A stretch of DNA of 64,000 bases, taken from NCBI RefSeq assembly GCF_964355755.1, contig NC_092673.1, forward strand, positions 7,254,001 through 7,318,000, read 5' to 3'. Of the stretch, positions 38,401-50,582 are shown one piece after another (positions within the stretch are counted from its first letter, which is position 1; every line of letters starts with the position of its first letter). A program made the position numbers and the translations under genes. This stretch comes from Antedon mediterranea (taxonomy: Eukaryota; Animalia; Echinodermata). The notes beneath the pieces were generated by a model. It ran no database searches. It saw only the letters and a list, made by a program, of their open reading frames with translations, and had not been told where the DNA came from.

Positions 38401-41400
38401 CTCCAAGGGGCCCTCCAACGCTGGGTAGTTGCATTGTAGACCTACTCTGGGGTACTTTTAATTCTGGGACCCCTGGGTTTATCCAGTGAGAGATCATAGC
38501 TGTTATTCTCTTTTCAATGTGTAAAATATAGTATAGCAGCTAGACTATCCAGATAAGCTCCACAACAAGTGTTATTAGTACAGTATTTATGACAGGCAAA
38601 AACCTCCTATTAACTGACATGTTTTTCACAGAAAATGTCTTATTTTGTTATATTTTCGATGGCCTGTATAAATTGAATAGGGTGCAAGCCAGTAATACAG
38701 TAAAATTGATTTAACAACCCTATCGTCATGTTAAGTATTGGTTGATGGAAAATCTGTTTACAGCACTGATAGAGTTTTTGACCAATACCAAAATCCAGAC
38801 ATATGGCTTCTATACAATCTTTCCTTGTCCTGGTTTAAACATGTTGGTATCATGTACTGTATCATATTTGGTAACACAGTATGATGCAACAAACTGTCTT
38901 TAATCATGTGGTTTATACTAGGATGACATCATCGTAATTGATATGACCATACAGTAAGTAAATATTAATAAGTTACGCCATTGGAAGGAATGAATTAAAT
39001 CAATCAAGTGGAACCATAACGTAGACACCACCCACATAACAACACACATGTTGTGCCACCCCCCCCCCCCCCACCCCCCCCCCCCCCCCCCCCGCTGAAA
39101 TGAAATTATGAGCTACAGTACTGTATTTTTGGCAGACTATTTTTATGTTGTGCACCTCATTTAAAAACATTATGGATCTGCTCCTGATAAACATACAGTA
39201 GTAGCCTACTCATTTATTCCATTAAAAAATTAATTAATCCATGATAAAATTAAGACTACATAATGAAGAAATCTGTTATATGTTTAAAATGGCATAATGT
39301 GTCCAGTGGTTGATAGGCTAAAGGACTGAATTACATTCATACAGTAATTTTTAACACAGCTTGGGTTAACCACAGATTTTTCTGGTAATGGAATAGGAAC
39401 ATTGTCTTCTCAGAAATGACTGACTACACATCCTGTATTGTACCATAGAGATATTATAGTTCACTATAATATCTCTATGATTGTACATTAGCTATAGGCC
39501 ATCACTATCATACTGTATCTTTTTTCCACTCTCATTTAAAATGTTGTCTTAAAATTGTATGTTATCAACTTTGATGCAAACCTAGGACCTTTGATTGCCT
39601 TATCATCATCTAATATCTATTCAATTTCAAGGCATAATTGAGTGATGTACAGTGTACAGATATACTTTTATGAGCTTGATGCAATACTGAGAGGTTTAGT
39701 CAGTTTCCTGACCATATTGGTAGGGTTCCAAATCATATTAAATTGTCGTTTTAAAGATCCTGGGATAAAGTAGGTTTATCAGAAAATGTATGCGTGAACA
39801 TTAATCCAATGTTTTCATGTATACGAGTAAAGTAAAATGGATGCTTCCAAATCATGGAGTACTTCAAAATGTGTACTGTAGTTAAGTACTAGGAAAAGAC
39901 TATAGAAATGGAGCTTATGCAAACAAGGTATTTCAAGAGAATTAAGTACTCATACACTTTAACATTAGAAATAGAAGACAATGGAATTAAAATATGGTAC
40001 TTACAAGAGAATAAGACAGAAGGGGAGCCTATCTAAAACAGGCCATTTTGAAGGGAACAATAGACAGGGGACTTTGGAACTACTGTATGTACTGTTTGAA
40101 CGAAAGAGTTACTCAAAGCTTATATTTAAAACATACAAGAGTAATATACATATAGAAGAGCGTGTAACATAATATGCCCCGATGGTACCTCGTATGCTGA
40201 TACCCGCATATACCTTAACATCATCACTCTATCTGAACGCCGCGAGAAGTTGTCAAGAAAATTCTTTGATAAAATGAAAAAAGAAGATCATATATTACAC
40301 TCTCTCTTACCTAAACCTCCCACACACAACCATCAGCTCCAACGCGTTAGATCGTTCACCCTCCCCAAAGTCCGGACACAACGCACAAAAAACTTCATTA
40401 CTTTCCACGGAGTTTTCAATGATTGGGGAATGATCAGTAACTGAGTTATGATAAGCAAATTGTGAACCTCTATTGGTTTGTGTTACTGGATGTACTATGA
40501 TGGCCATTGAAAGACTGATTTGTGGACTGTGTTATATTTTAGTATTACTTGTTTGGACTGTGTTATACTATGTGTTTACATATTTACTATTATATGTATG
40601 TCAACTTCATCACTGCTTACTTGATGCAATAAAGGAAATAAATAAAATAAAAAATAAATACATAATTTAGCTTTAAACAGTGGCAAGTTTTAGAGAATTT
40701 AGAGAAAAATCTGCTCTTTAAAATATTCATTTGTGAATATTGTATTTCAATGGCTTCTGTTCCAAATTTAGAGTATAGAATTTAACTCTTCAAAAAAGCC
40801 ATTATTTGATCTCCTCAAAATTTGAATTACAATTTTGTATGTAATAATGTACAGTATATTTATGCATGAATGTACTAGTAGAGAAATGAGTTGGTGCATA
40901 AAAGTAAATGTATTCTTAATACTGTACGTGTTAAGCCATTACATACAGTATTGTAAAGTATGCATATGTGGTGTGATAATATTGTGTATGTAAGCCATTC
41001 TGTTCCACTACCACCTACTACCCTACAATACATTAATGAAGTAGGCTTCACAGAAAGCTATAACGTATGGCTTCTTACTGTATTAAATTATATTTCTTTT
41101 TAGTGAACACATAATTGTTAATTATCAATAATTATTGGCCCGTATTCATGAGGGATTGTCTTTAGTTGTGGGTTGTGTTTTTGCTGCAAAATAATAGTTT
41201 TTAATTATATTAATTTAAACAGAATTTCTGCTGCATTTTTTGCTCCCCAAATAACTAATATCCGTATCATCAGGTACTGGGTGTAATGATCCAAATAAGC
41301 ATACCAGATCTTTTACATCCTACAGTACAGTAAAGTAGTTTTTTTATTAAACGTATTGTACATAAAAATTACATAATTTTGCCTAATTGTACCATTTACA

Positions 41401-44400
41401 CTCTCTTAAAAAAAATTTAATTCAACCTATTATTTGAAACTTTTGTGTCTCTGCTGCTAAAGATATAGATAATTTATTCACTCACTATTTAAATTATGTA
41501 TTTGCTCTCAATCAAAACAGGCCCCTGGATTTATAGTTAATCCTGTTTTTATTTTAATACCTGCAATTGAGTTTCCACACAGTTATACTATTGGCCAAAA
41601 GAGAAGGCCTAATTAATTGATTTTCATCAGCCTTGATCATTTTAATCTATTATTACATAATATTATATAATGAATTAATTCATGTCTATAGCAACATATA
41701 CTAGCAGCTGCACTACAGTAAAATACATCCTGTTACTCTAGCTTTACAGTGTAGGCCTTATGACTGACACACTTATTATAAATTTGATATTTTGTCAGCT
41801 CAGACGGAGCAGTCAACATAAAGGCATTTTTATTTTTTTTCATCAATGAATTCTCTCTACATTTATTTGTGGTTGTGTGATCATAATGAATATTCTTTGT
41901 TAATTGTTCAAACATTACGTTTTTTCAACAGTTAGTTGCAAAATCAGAGTAAATTTTCAGAATATACTTCCTCCTCAACACAAACTTTTGAAATTATTGA
42001 TCTTTTTTTAACACATCTAATCATGGGATGGAATATACTATAACATGCTTATAAACTAGGTTTGGTCTGTTTTCAAACTTTTTAGAAAGTGGAGTACATT
42101 TAAACAGTCGTAAGTTACAACCCTGGCAATAGATCTTGATTGAACACTGGACCTTGGGATTGGAAGGCAAGCATGTTTTTCCAGCCAGCTACAGTTCCAA
42201 TTTTAAAATCCACTGCCAAATATGCTTGGTTTCATGTTCTTTTGCTTAAATACTAATTTTGTAATTTCTTTTATAGAACCATGTATCTATGCAATGGGCC
42301 AACAGCATCATGAACATATATTACCCTTTGCTCCTATCTGGATGTTCATTGGTCGTATGTTTCTGGGCAGAGGTAAGTTTCTCTCTTTAAACCAATCAAA
42401 ATGGTGGTTAAAAGAATGAACAATCTTGGTCATATGTTTTTCTCTCTTTTTCTATTTCTCTGATGTATTATTGTACTGTATGTACATTGAGAACACTAGG
42501 CCTACAGTATATGAAAATATTTGTAAGTAATTCTTAGGTGCGACTGAACCCCACCACCTCCATATCACAAAGCCTCACCACCGAACTTGCACTGATGGCT
42601 AGGGTTAAATTTGAGCCCAAGGAAGGCAGTTATACTGAATTAAATTGGAATTGTGACACAGGAAAGTGTTCCCTAATAATAGGGATTCCATTGAATAGCG
42701 ATGTTCAAAAGAAGTAGTATTTATGTTAACTTCAATAAAATGTTGTTATTCATTTTAGTTGATACACTAAGAAAAACTTGTTGATATGAAAAATTCACCT
42801 TGATTTTTTCATACTTTTTTTATTATTATTAAAATTATCTTGTTTTTTGTACTGTAAATGTGTTTTATGAGTGTTTTATATAAAGATGTTCATTTGTTAA
42901 TATTCAAAAAGATAAATCTATAAATCCTCAACAAATCCATTAAGTGGTGAATCACATTATGTTTGCTGTTGAAAGCAAAAACGATTTTTTTTTTACTTAA
43001 TGGAGACAAATTATTACAATATTCCTTTTTTAAAATGTTATTTAACTTTTATTATTGAATGTATGACAATGAAAACTGATTTGGTTTTTTCCATAGGCTT
43101 TTCACATACAGGATAAAAAGTTCAACAAACCCAGCTTCCTAAGCCGGTCATTTGTAGCTTTTATCATTTTCAATATCGTACTGGCTATATTACTGATAGC
43201 TCAGTTACTGACCACACACCTGACGGAAGACCCGCAGTTCTTGAGTGGCGTGTTTAGCGCTTGTTTTGCTTGTTTAATGGTCATTGTAATGAGTTTCTTC
43301 CTGTTCTATGGAGTGGAAGTATATTTTAAGGCAAGTTGTTTTTCTTTCCTTGTTTTAAAGATTTTACTTTACCTGTCTAAAGTCTAAACTTGGGAAAATA
43401 TCATGTATAGCCCAGAGCTTGTGAGATCAAACAAAGCTCAGCCAAGCATGACGACCACGGATCGAACATGATCAGATGGTCCTACTGTAGCTCTGTCTCT
43501 AACACAGATAAATGGGACCGGTGCTTTTTCTCATCCTTTTTTTTCATGTTAAGTGGCAGAGCTGTTAAAGCGCTGAAAGCCATGGCCTTAAAATAGTGAC
43601 AGGTTGAAGGCTTTTCTTGACCATAGTTCTGCTGGTATCTTCTCAGATAAATAGATAAATATTTAAAACTGGAGGACCAGTGTATACATCTGGGTCATGT
43701 GCACTTTCAGCAACCCAGTTCATCCTTCAAAAAGTTTGGGGTTACCCTTATATATACTTGTCCACTGTTGTGTTGCGGACAGACGAATGAATGCCGTTTT
43801 CTAGCAGCTGTATGACACAAAGGGACACAAATGGAGATAAAAGATGTATGTGTCATGCACACCATTTTCAGCCCAGTTAGACTGCAAGGTTTCACATTTA
43901 GACTACACAATTTTTAAAATAGAGACAGCGACCATATTGTAGGTTCTCTCTTCTAATCAATCATTAAATGTACTATAACCTAGTCTGCTCTCTAGCCTGC
44001 CTATTCTGTTATCTCTATGTCTGGATATAATCAACATTAACAGCATTTATCATGGTTTATCAAGTGCTATTAAAGGCTGCCTAAACGCTACTGAAATGTA
44101 CAGTACATAATGTTATTTTAATTAAACAAAGTCATCAAGGTCATTGCTAGTCCATCAACCAATTAGCATAGTAGATGACCTTAAACCCTATGAATAAATT
44201 TGAGTATAATAACAATCATGAATTATTGAAGGTTTTACGCTAATACTATGATGGCAGTATTAACAGATTTATTTATTGGACAATGTGTCACAAGAATGTG
44301 TCTTTATATTTCTGTTTTTTAAAATTTATTTTAACCTTAATTTTAATTGTATTACAATACTTTGTTTTACAATAATATATTGCCTCATGGGAAAACATAT

Positions 44401-47400
44401 GCAAAGATAAAGATTAATTATAGTTTTGTGTTGTCTGTGTATTTGTACTAAACTCAATTACAATAGAACCACTTCTATTTAAAGGACAACCCCTACTAAA
44501 GGGACACTTTGTTGGGTCCTAAAGGATAGGAGTACTACTGTATATCATTTAGGTGGTGGATGGAATGTCTAATGGTATCTTTCTAGTAAAGTCTCTTCAC
44601 CCTTGGATGTTGAAGTCTAGGATGACGCTGATATTTCAAATCGTCCTCCACAAATACCAATATGTTTTCTTTTAATCCACAGGTTAAAGGTGCCTTTAAC
44701 AATGCAAGTCAGTCTCTTGACCCTCGGACATTGCACATGTCTAGGATAGGTCTGGTGTTTCAGGGAGCCCTGCAGTTGTTGACTGCCCTATTTCTTATGT
44801 TAAGTGTGATTGATACACAGATAATGGAAGGGTATGTATAGTATTAAATATTTAGCATAGCCTTTTAGGATTTGTTTGTAAAAAGGTCTTAATAGACAAT
44901 CCCTATTAACTTTATTGATTAAAAGCGATTTTGATATTGTCACACAAACTTATAATACTTTATTTGAAATGAAACCTTTATATTGGTGGCACTCATACAC
45001 TTAAAAGAACACAAAAACACAAAAATTACTTTGCATTTTGCAGCACTCAGTTTGGTTTATTTCTTTAGTTTGTTTTCATCATTTCATGTATGAACAGCTC
45101 TAGCCAAAAACAATCATGCATTAAACTGGATTTAGAATATTCACTGCTTATCTTGCTATTATAAATGATGATAATTGTTATAATTTTATTTTCAGGCTCC
45201 CAATGTTTAAGAGGAATTTCTATGATGTGTTATTCAGAGTGGTTGAGCTTGGTGTTGCTATGTGGTTTCCATGTGTACTGTGGAACTGTAAAAGGTAACA
45301 ATATATAAACACTTGCTGTTTACATACAAAGTGTCTTAAAAAATAAATGCAATGATATATAAAATCAGGCGCTGATGTATACGAGAGATAACCAGGCTTT
45401 AACTAAATAATAACTTTAAATAAAATAATGACTATTTTATTTTTCTGCAACCCGACGAATCGTTTTTATAATTTAATCAATATTTAGGCCTCTTTCTATA
45501 ATGCTCGATCTGCCCCTGAAAATCATAGACTCTCTTCTCCCAGACATGCTTTGGAGTTTGAAAATGGCCAGTCCGAGTTTACAAATTCCAATTTTTTCAG
45601 CCTTAGTAAACTATAAGCTTCCATTTGATACAGTCTCTTTGGCTGTTCCATTTGATAGATGCAAACAAAGGTTATATTGCAAAATATTTTTGTCTCGATC
45701 ATTTCAGCCCAGAAAAATTATGGATACTAAATCCAACAAGAATATTACGAAATGTTGAAGATGAAGAGAATGCGGTGAGTACATTTGAAAAAAAGAATAA
45801 CATTATTTGATTAATTTATTTTATAAAATGATCTATCTAATCTCTATGCATGATTGGTTGAAATGGCACCATGTGAATAGATCTGGGAAGTTCGAAAAAA
45901 GATTATAATACCCTAGAGGGAAATATAACTTTAAAAGTGACTAGTCTTTGACGCCACCAGAATTCACCCTATAGTGCTTCTTTTATCCATTTTTATGGGC
46001 AATTTCACCTTTTTAGATCATATCTGTTTTTTAAATTAAATGTATTTTCTGTTTTTTTTTTTTTTTTTTAAAGAACAAAGATTCTGAGAAAACATCATTA
46101 TTGCGGTGTCGAAATAAGAAGACATATGAATCAACTGATGATAGAGTTATTCCTTCAGGTAAGGTTTTGGAAATTGTAAAAAAAAAACATTTTTTAGGAT
46201 TAAGGAATATAGTTAAGAATAATTAAATCGCGAAACCTGTGTCTTTCAGCCTAACTGGGCTGAATTGCGCACAGGTGTGTCATAAACCTACCATCAATTG
46301 GCGTTCAATGGTTTTTCGACAGAGTCTGAAATGGACCAGTACCCTGTGGTAACCACCCTACTCTTCAGAAGTGCACACAATATGAAGGCAATCACTGTCA
46401 AATATACAATTACAAACATAATGTATTCGCCAAAATATACAACATACGTGCAGACACATGTACAAACAGACTTACTGTATTCACTGAAACCTGGCCTCCC
46501 AGTTTTAAAGACTTGTTCAGAACCATGGTTGAAGAGAGCCTCGATTATTTGACTATGGTTTACGGAGGCCCTGCCTTAACCGTTCATTTTCTTGTTTTTT
46601 TTAGGCTTCGATTGCTGGATTTGCTATGATCCAGACAGTACTAGCAGTGGTCCCTTAATACAACCGTGCAATTGTAAAGGTGATGTTAGATACGTACACC
46701 ATGAATGCTTAAGAAGATGGTTAGTTGAGGTAAGCAGTAAACTCTAATGAGCAGTTTTAATTTGCCTAATTAGGGAGTATTTCAGTATTATCTGTTTTAA
46801 ATGTTATTTATAACTCCAAATAAAGATCTTTGTACAGTAGTATATTTTGATACAAGAAGTTTGAAGGACACCATACATAATTAATTCTGAAAAGAACTGT
46901 TGAGTTTCTCGACGTTATATAATTTTGATCGTCCTCAGGTGTGAGAATGCAGAAAGTCAAGGATACTGGGAATATAAGTATATAATATATATTTAACACC
47001 TTGAAGCCTTTTCTGGTTGCATCCCAATCAATTTATGGCACTATTTCTGACCTCATGTAAAGATATTGAAAGCTAGGCTACACTGTGTCCCTATTAAAAC
47101 ACACTGCACTATTTCAATGTTTTGGATATGGTTAACAAATGAAAGGGATTGAAAATTAATATAGGAATAAATCTGCCTTATTTCATGACGCTTAACTTAT
47201 CTATTTTATTAGACTATGGATGATGATGAAGATTCCAAGAAATGCAAAGTCTGTAAAGCACAGGTAATTATTTGTTTGATTGTTATTTTTATTGGAAATT
47301 AGAAATATCACCTCTCCTGAAACCAGAATCCCTGAATGTCTTCAACTCTCCTAAAGTAAAATCAACATTTTCATAAGCTTCCAAATTCTTTCCTGCATTT

Positions 47401-48595
47401 TAAAATTAACTAAACTTCTATAGAAAAACAGACAGTTTCAGATATTTGTTTTTAAATAGTTGACTGAAAAGAAAAAAAAGAAAATACTCGGGCACCATAT
47501 GCAGCTGCCACTAATATTTACATATTTAAACCAATGCTCCAATATTTTGGCAAATAAAGTTTGGGATCTTGAAAATTTGTTTAAAATCAGTTTGTTGATG
47601 GTCGTCGCCGATTAAGCGTCATTACCCAAAATGCAATGCATTTAAACGGTCAATAACATTATTTTGGTCCTAGGTTGGTCGTCGCAAATTGAAAGCTTCC
47701 TAATATTTCAAAGTCTCTGTACTAAAAAATGTTTTTCTTCTACAGTACATATTAGAAGATGGTAAAGTTCACCTCTTGAAAGGATTCCAGAGAAAGCATG
47801 CCATTCTGTCTGCCGTTACAATGCTAATAATGTTGTTAGGACCAATCTTGGTCCTCCTCATCTTTCAACGGCACCCGTCATCACCCCTGAATGTTGTTAG
47901 CATTGGGGTATGCATTCTGGTGGAAATGACATGTCTAAGGTAAAATTCATCATCCTACCTGTCATAATATTGGTATTATCGTAGGCAAATTCCTAAATAC
48001 TGTGTCTTATCTGACATTGCTTCTATGCTTAATTTTGAATATGATGATACAGTTGTAACATGTGACAAGCATGTGACACTGTATTACAGAACTTTTACAA
48101 GATACAGAACAAGTTAAGATAGAGTATCGGGTGAAATTCATTGTAAACACTGTAGATGCTGAAAATTACTAAATACTGAATTGTCTTTAGTCTTAGGATA
48201 TGACCTGTTTTTTGTTTTAGTCGAATTTGTTGGGTTGCGAAATTTATTTTAATTAAATTCTGATTAATACAAATTGTTGTAATATCAGGTGTTATTCTAT
48301 TACAGTTCCAGGTAATAAACACAATTTTAATTCTATATATTTTAGGTATCTTGGATTTAGCTTTACAAATGCCTACAACAGAGCTAAGGTAGGATCCATG
48401 AGCATAATCGGTAAGCAGGTGTCGATATCGCATCACATCTACCAAACGGAACAAAGCAAGTCAGAGATTGCAGTAGGCGAATCACCGACTAAACACGTAG
48501 ACTCGTCAGAGTGTCCGGACGATATCGTTGCGGCAGAGGTGGTACCACGAAGCCGAACAATCAGTGAGGTAACTGTACATGCTGAAAGCATCTAA
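32324..48595 (+). CDS. Multipass membrane protein: N-terminal EGF-like domain, 7TM (GPR137/THH1-TOM1-like), RING-CH (RINGv) zinc finger, 2 further TM; putative MARCH-type E3 ubiquitin ligase; 13 coding exons, 567 aa
   Basis: join(32324..32437,35168..35269,38047..38184,42277..42372,43097..43330,44683..44831,45196..45294,45708..45774,46074..46158,46605..46729,47213..47263,47746..47939,48346..48595) = 1704 nt; phases consistent; one GC-AG intron. EGF: CPTNCSGHGDCLDGACICMVQYKGGEC. RING-CH: CWIC...PCNCKG...VHHECLRRWL...CKVC. Confidence 0.92.
33547..34317. mobile_element. Tourist-like (PIF/Harbinger-type) MITE family C
   Basis: TIR GG(C)CCTGTTTCTGCTGC ... GCAGCAGAAACAGGCCC, CTA/TAG flanks, subterminal ATACCGTATTTT repeats in both orientations. 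Confidence 0.8.
35168..35269 (+). CDS. EGF-7TM-RING-CH coding exon 2 (EGF end, TM1)
   Basis: VQYKGGECENVNRGYFISFGFIFFCLCLISTVQL. Confidence 0.88.
35571..35986 (+). mobile_element. Non-autonomous Helitron with a tandemly duplicated 3' end
   Basis: Two ~190-bp direct repeats each end in a degenerate hairpin GGTAC..GCTTCGC..GT(A)YC then CTAG|T (35787-35790, 35983-35986); possible A|TC 5' end at 35571 followed by (AT)n. Confidence 0.7.
38047..38184 (+). CDS. EGF-7TM-RING-CH coding exon 3 (TM2)
   Basis: ILCIKAEYERSKNRSLASACRVTTQKLLYLIVMIATLSRGLFFSLQ. Confidence 0.9.
40174..40659 (+). mobile_element. 5'-truncated LINE (CR1/L2 group): ORF2 C-terminus, 3' UTR and A-rich tail
   Basis: Translation ...CPDGTSYADTRIYLNIITLSERREKLSRKFF...DHILHSLLP...LPKVRTQRTKNF..., typical of non-LTR ORF2 C-termini; AATAAA-rich tail; ACATAAT duplicated at 40167-40173 and 40660-40666. 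Confidence 0.85.
42277..42372 (+). CDS. EGF-7TM-RING-CH coding exon 4 (TM3)
   Basis: NHVSMQWANSIMNIYYPLLLSGCSLVVCFWAE. Confidence 0.9.
43097..43330 (+). CDS. EGF-7TM-RING-CH coding exon 5 (TM4-TM5), GC donor
   Basis: AFHIQDKKFNKPSFLSRSFVAFIIFNIVLAILLIAQLL...FFLFYGVEVYFK; donor AAG|GCAAGT. Confidence 0.9.
43630..43750 (+). mobile_element. Degenerate DeuSINE core fragment
   Basis: TCTTCTCAGATAA...GGACCAGTGTATACATCT...TGTGCACTTT...GGGGTTACCC aligns by eye with 21903-22010. Confidence 0.65.
44683..44831 (+). CDS. EGF-7TM-RING-CH coding exon 6 (TM6)
   Basis: VKGAFNNASQSLDPRTLHMSRIGLVFQGALQLLTALFLMLSVIDTQIME. Confidence 0.9.
45196..45294 (+). CDS. EGF-7TM-RING-CH coding exon 7 (TM7)
   Basis: LPMFKRNFYDVLFRVVELGVAMWFPCVLWNCK. 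Confidence 0.9.
45708..45774 (+). CDS. EGF-7TM-RING-CH coding exon 8
   Basis: PEKLWILNPTRILRNVEDEENA. Confidence 0.88.
46074..46158 (+). CDS. EGF-7TM-RING-CH coding exon 9 (dileucine motif)
   Basis: NKDSEKTSLLRCRNKKTYESTDDRVIPS. Confidence 0.85.
46220..46380 (-). mobile_element. 3' half of a Deu-domain SINE, minus strand
   Basis: Minus strand GCACTTCTGAAGAGTAGGGTGGTTACCACAGGGTACTGGTCC resembles the end of the Deu core; the tail differs from the 21795 copy. Confidence 0.55.
46605..46729 (+). CDS. EGF-7TM-RING-CH coding exon 10 (RING-CH)
   Basis: FDCWICYDPDSTSSGPLIQPCNCKGDVRYVHHECLRRWLVE. Confidence 0.95.
47213..47263 (+). CDS. EGF-7TM-RING-CH coding exon 11 (RING-CH end)
   Basis: TMDDDEDSKKCKVCKAQ. 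Confidence 0.92.
47746..47939 (+). CDS. EGF-7TM-RING-CH coding exon 12 (TM8-TM9)
   Basis: YILEDGKVHLLKGFQRKHAILSAVTMLIMLLGPILVLLIFQRHPSSPLNVVSIGVCILVEMTCL. Confidence 0.9.
48346..48595 (+). CDS. EGF-7TM-RING-CH coding exon 13 (terminal)
   Basis: YLGFSFTNAYNRAKVGSMSIIGKQV...EVTVHAESI*; in frame with the ORF at 48398..48595. Confidence 0.88.
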
Positions 48596-50582
48596 TCTCA
48601 TTGTGTTGTAGAACAATTAAATTACTTATTTATCATCTTTACAAATAAACATTTCTCTTTATTTATGTGCATATAAAGACTCTTTTTCAAACTAGTCAAA
48701 GAGAGCATTATATTTATACATACATAGGTTACACAGTTCAAACATAGGCAGTGTATTCATATATGATTTCTTAGCGTTTTTGCTCAGTTAATAATGTTAT
48801 ATGAAATTAAAGAGGTAAATCATTGTAAATAATATAGTAAATATCTTCGGTAATTGAAGAATAATTTATTTTTGTGTTAAGGACTATGTCGTTATTCTAC
48901 TGCAGTTACTGCAGCAATTACATGTTGTTAAACTGTTATTAGAAAGTTTATTATTAGGGTTATCATTATACACACTGTTGCAATGACTGCCCCATAAATT
49001 TCTCTATTAAAAAATAAATAAAATCACACGTTAGTGCAGTAAACCAACTGCAGTAGAATAGCAATAATAGAACAACAGTGTTCCCTATGTCTATATTTGA
49101 GTCTTCAACATTCTTTTTTTTTTATGAAGCTTCTAGTTATACTTAGCAATCTTTTTATATGAAAAAATCTCAGTTTGTTATAAAGTCTGATTTTAATGTG
49201 GACATAATACTTTAGTTTTATTGTCAAATCTTCCAAATTCTTGAAAAGTCAAGCAACCCTAAGAAATGTTTTGGGTTGATCCACTGTGCATCCTCTTGAG
49301 TTTACTGTACAGTATATTACTTTTATTAAAAGTGGTTGAAGGTAAAGAAGATACTTTTGAGCATTTTGATAATGACAGTTGTTCAGATTTTTTTCAAACA
49401 ATCTTTTTAGACATTAAATACATATTTTAGTTATTTATTTGTTATCCTTTCTGAACAAAGACTGTTCTCTCTGAGCACTCCGTACCTAACTTGCAGAACA
49501 ATTAAACGTAAAAAATTAAACGTAATTACTTAAAGCTCTTACTTTAATTACAGTAGATCCTCTATTAAGGGGACATCTTCCCAACAATGTGTCGCTCATG
49601 TTAATAGCAAGGTTTTGTTTTGGGGCGATGGATGTATCTATACAAAAGAAAGGACTGTGCAAGCATATAAAACCACTATACTGTATACACTGTTCCATTC
49701 ATTATGATGACTGTATGAAGTTGAGTTATCGTTAGTCCTTCTACCAACCAAAACAAAAGCTCACTATTATAAACATGTTAAATAATATTAAAACTTATTA
49801 ATACCTTGAATCGTAGTTGCTCTTAAAGTTGTGTAAGCAAGTAAAATGCAAGTTTTGATATGGAATATTTTAATTTTACCTGTGATATAAAATATGAATA
49901 TGACAAATGACATATTAGATAAAGCAGGAGGGATGATTACAGGTTGACTATAATAGGCTCCGGCCACAATTGGCATTGCCATGCGTTTATTGGTCAGTCG
50001 TCCTAACACACTGTTTTACTGCCATCTTTTGATTTTAAACTTGATGGCACTCTGAGCGACTAGTAGTCGTCATCCTATCGTCCTGTTTGCGTAAACTCAC
50101 TATTAGATTTTTCCAACTCGAGTGCAATTTAAAAAATCACAGATGTGAATAATCTTAATATAACATTTCTCACCACCTTCCTTAGCAGATGGAGCTAAGA
50201 TGCTCTGAAGCTCTTAGCCGATTTCTGTGTCTCAAAGCTTGTTTTCCACTATGCGAAAGTATTGGCATGAAAGTGTGCAGCGGTATAAAAAGCGATATGA
50301 AAACTGATATGATAAAAATTTGCTTCATGATTTTTTGTTTCACTTCTTCAGGGAGATTACTACAGTCAACTCTCCTAATACTAGACAGCCTTGGGCATGC
50401 CTGTTATGTCCAGTTTTTTCTGAAATTCTGGTATTCAGAATGTGTTTCTAATTGGTAAAAGTAATTTGGGATCTTTTGGACTGCCAGAAAATTAAAGAAA
50501 TGTTTTAAATCTACCGAATTGTATTTGGAAATGTTTCTACTTTTGTAGAAGCGACCATACATGAAATCAAATCTGATTCTAA

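Noticed and set aside
41950-42000. Possible extra exon after TTTTCAG at 41960
   Set aside because: No donor follows, and exons 38047..38184 and 42277..42372 already join in frame with sensible loop length.
42222-42419. 65-aa plus-strand ORF
   Set aside because: Wrong frame; the real exon 42277..42372 reads NHVSMQW...FWAE.
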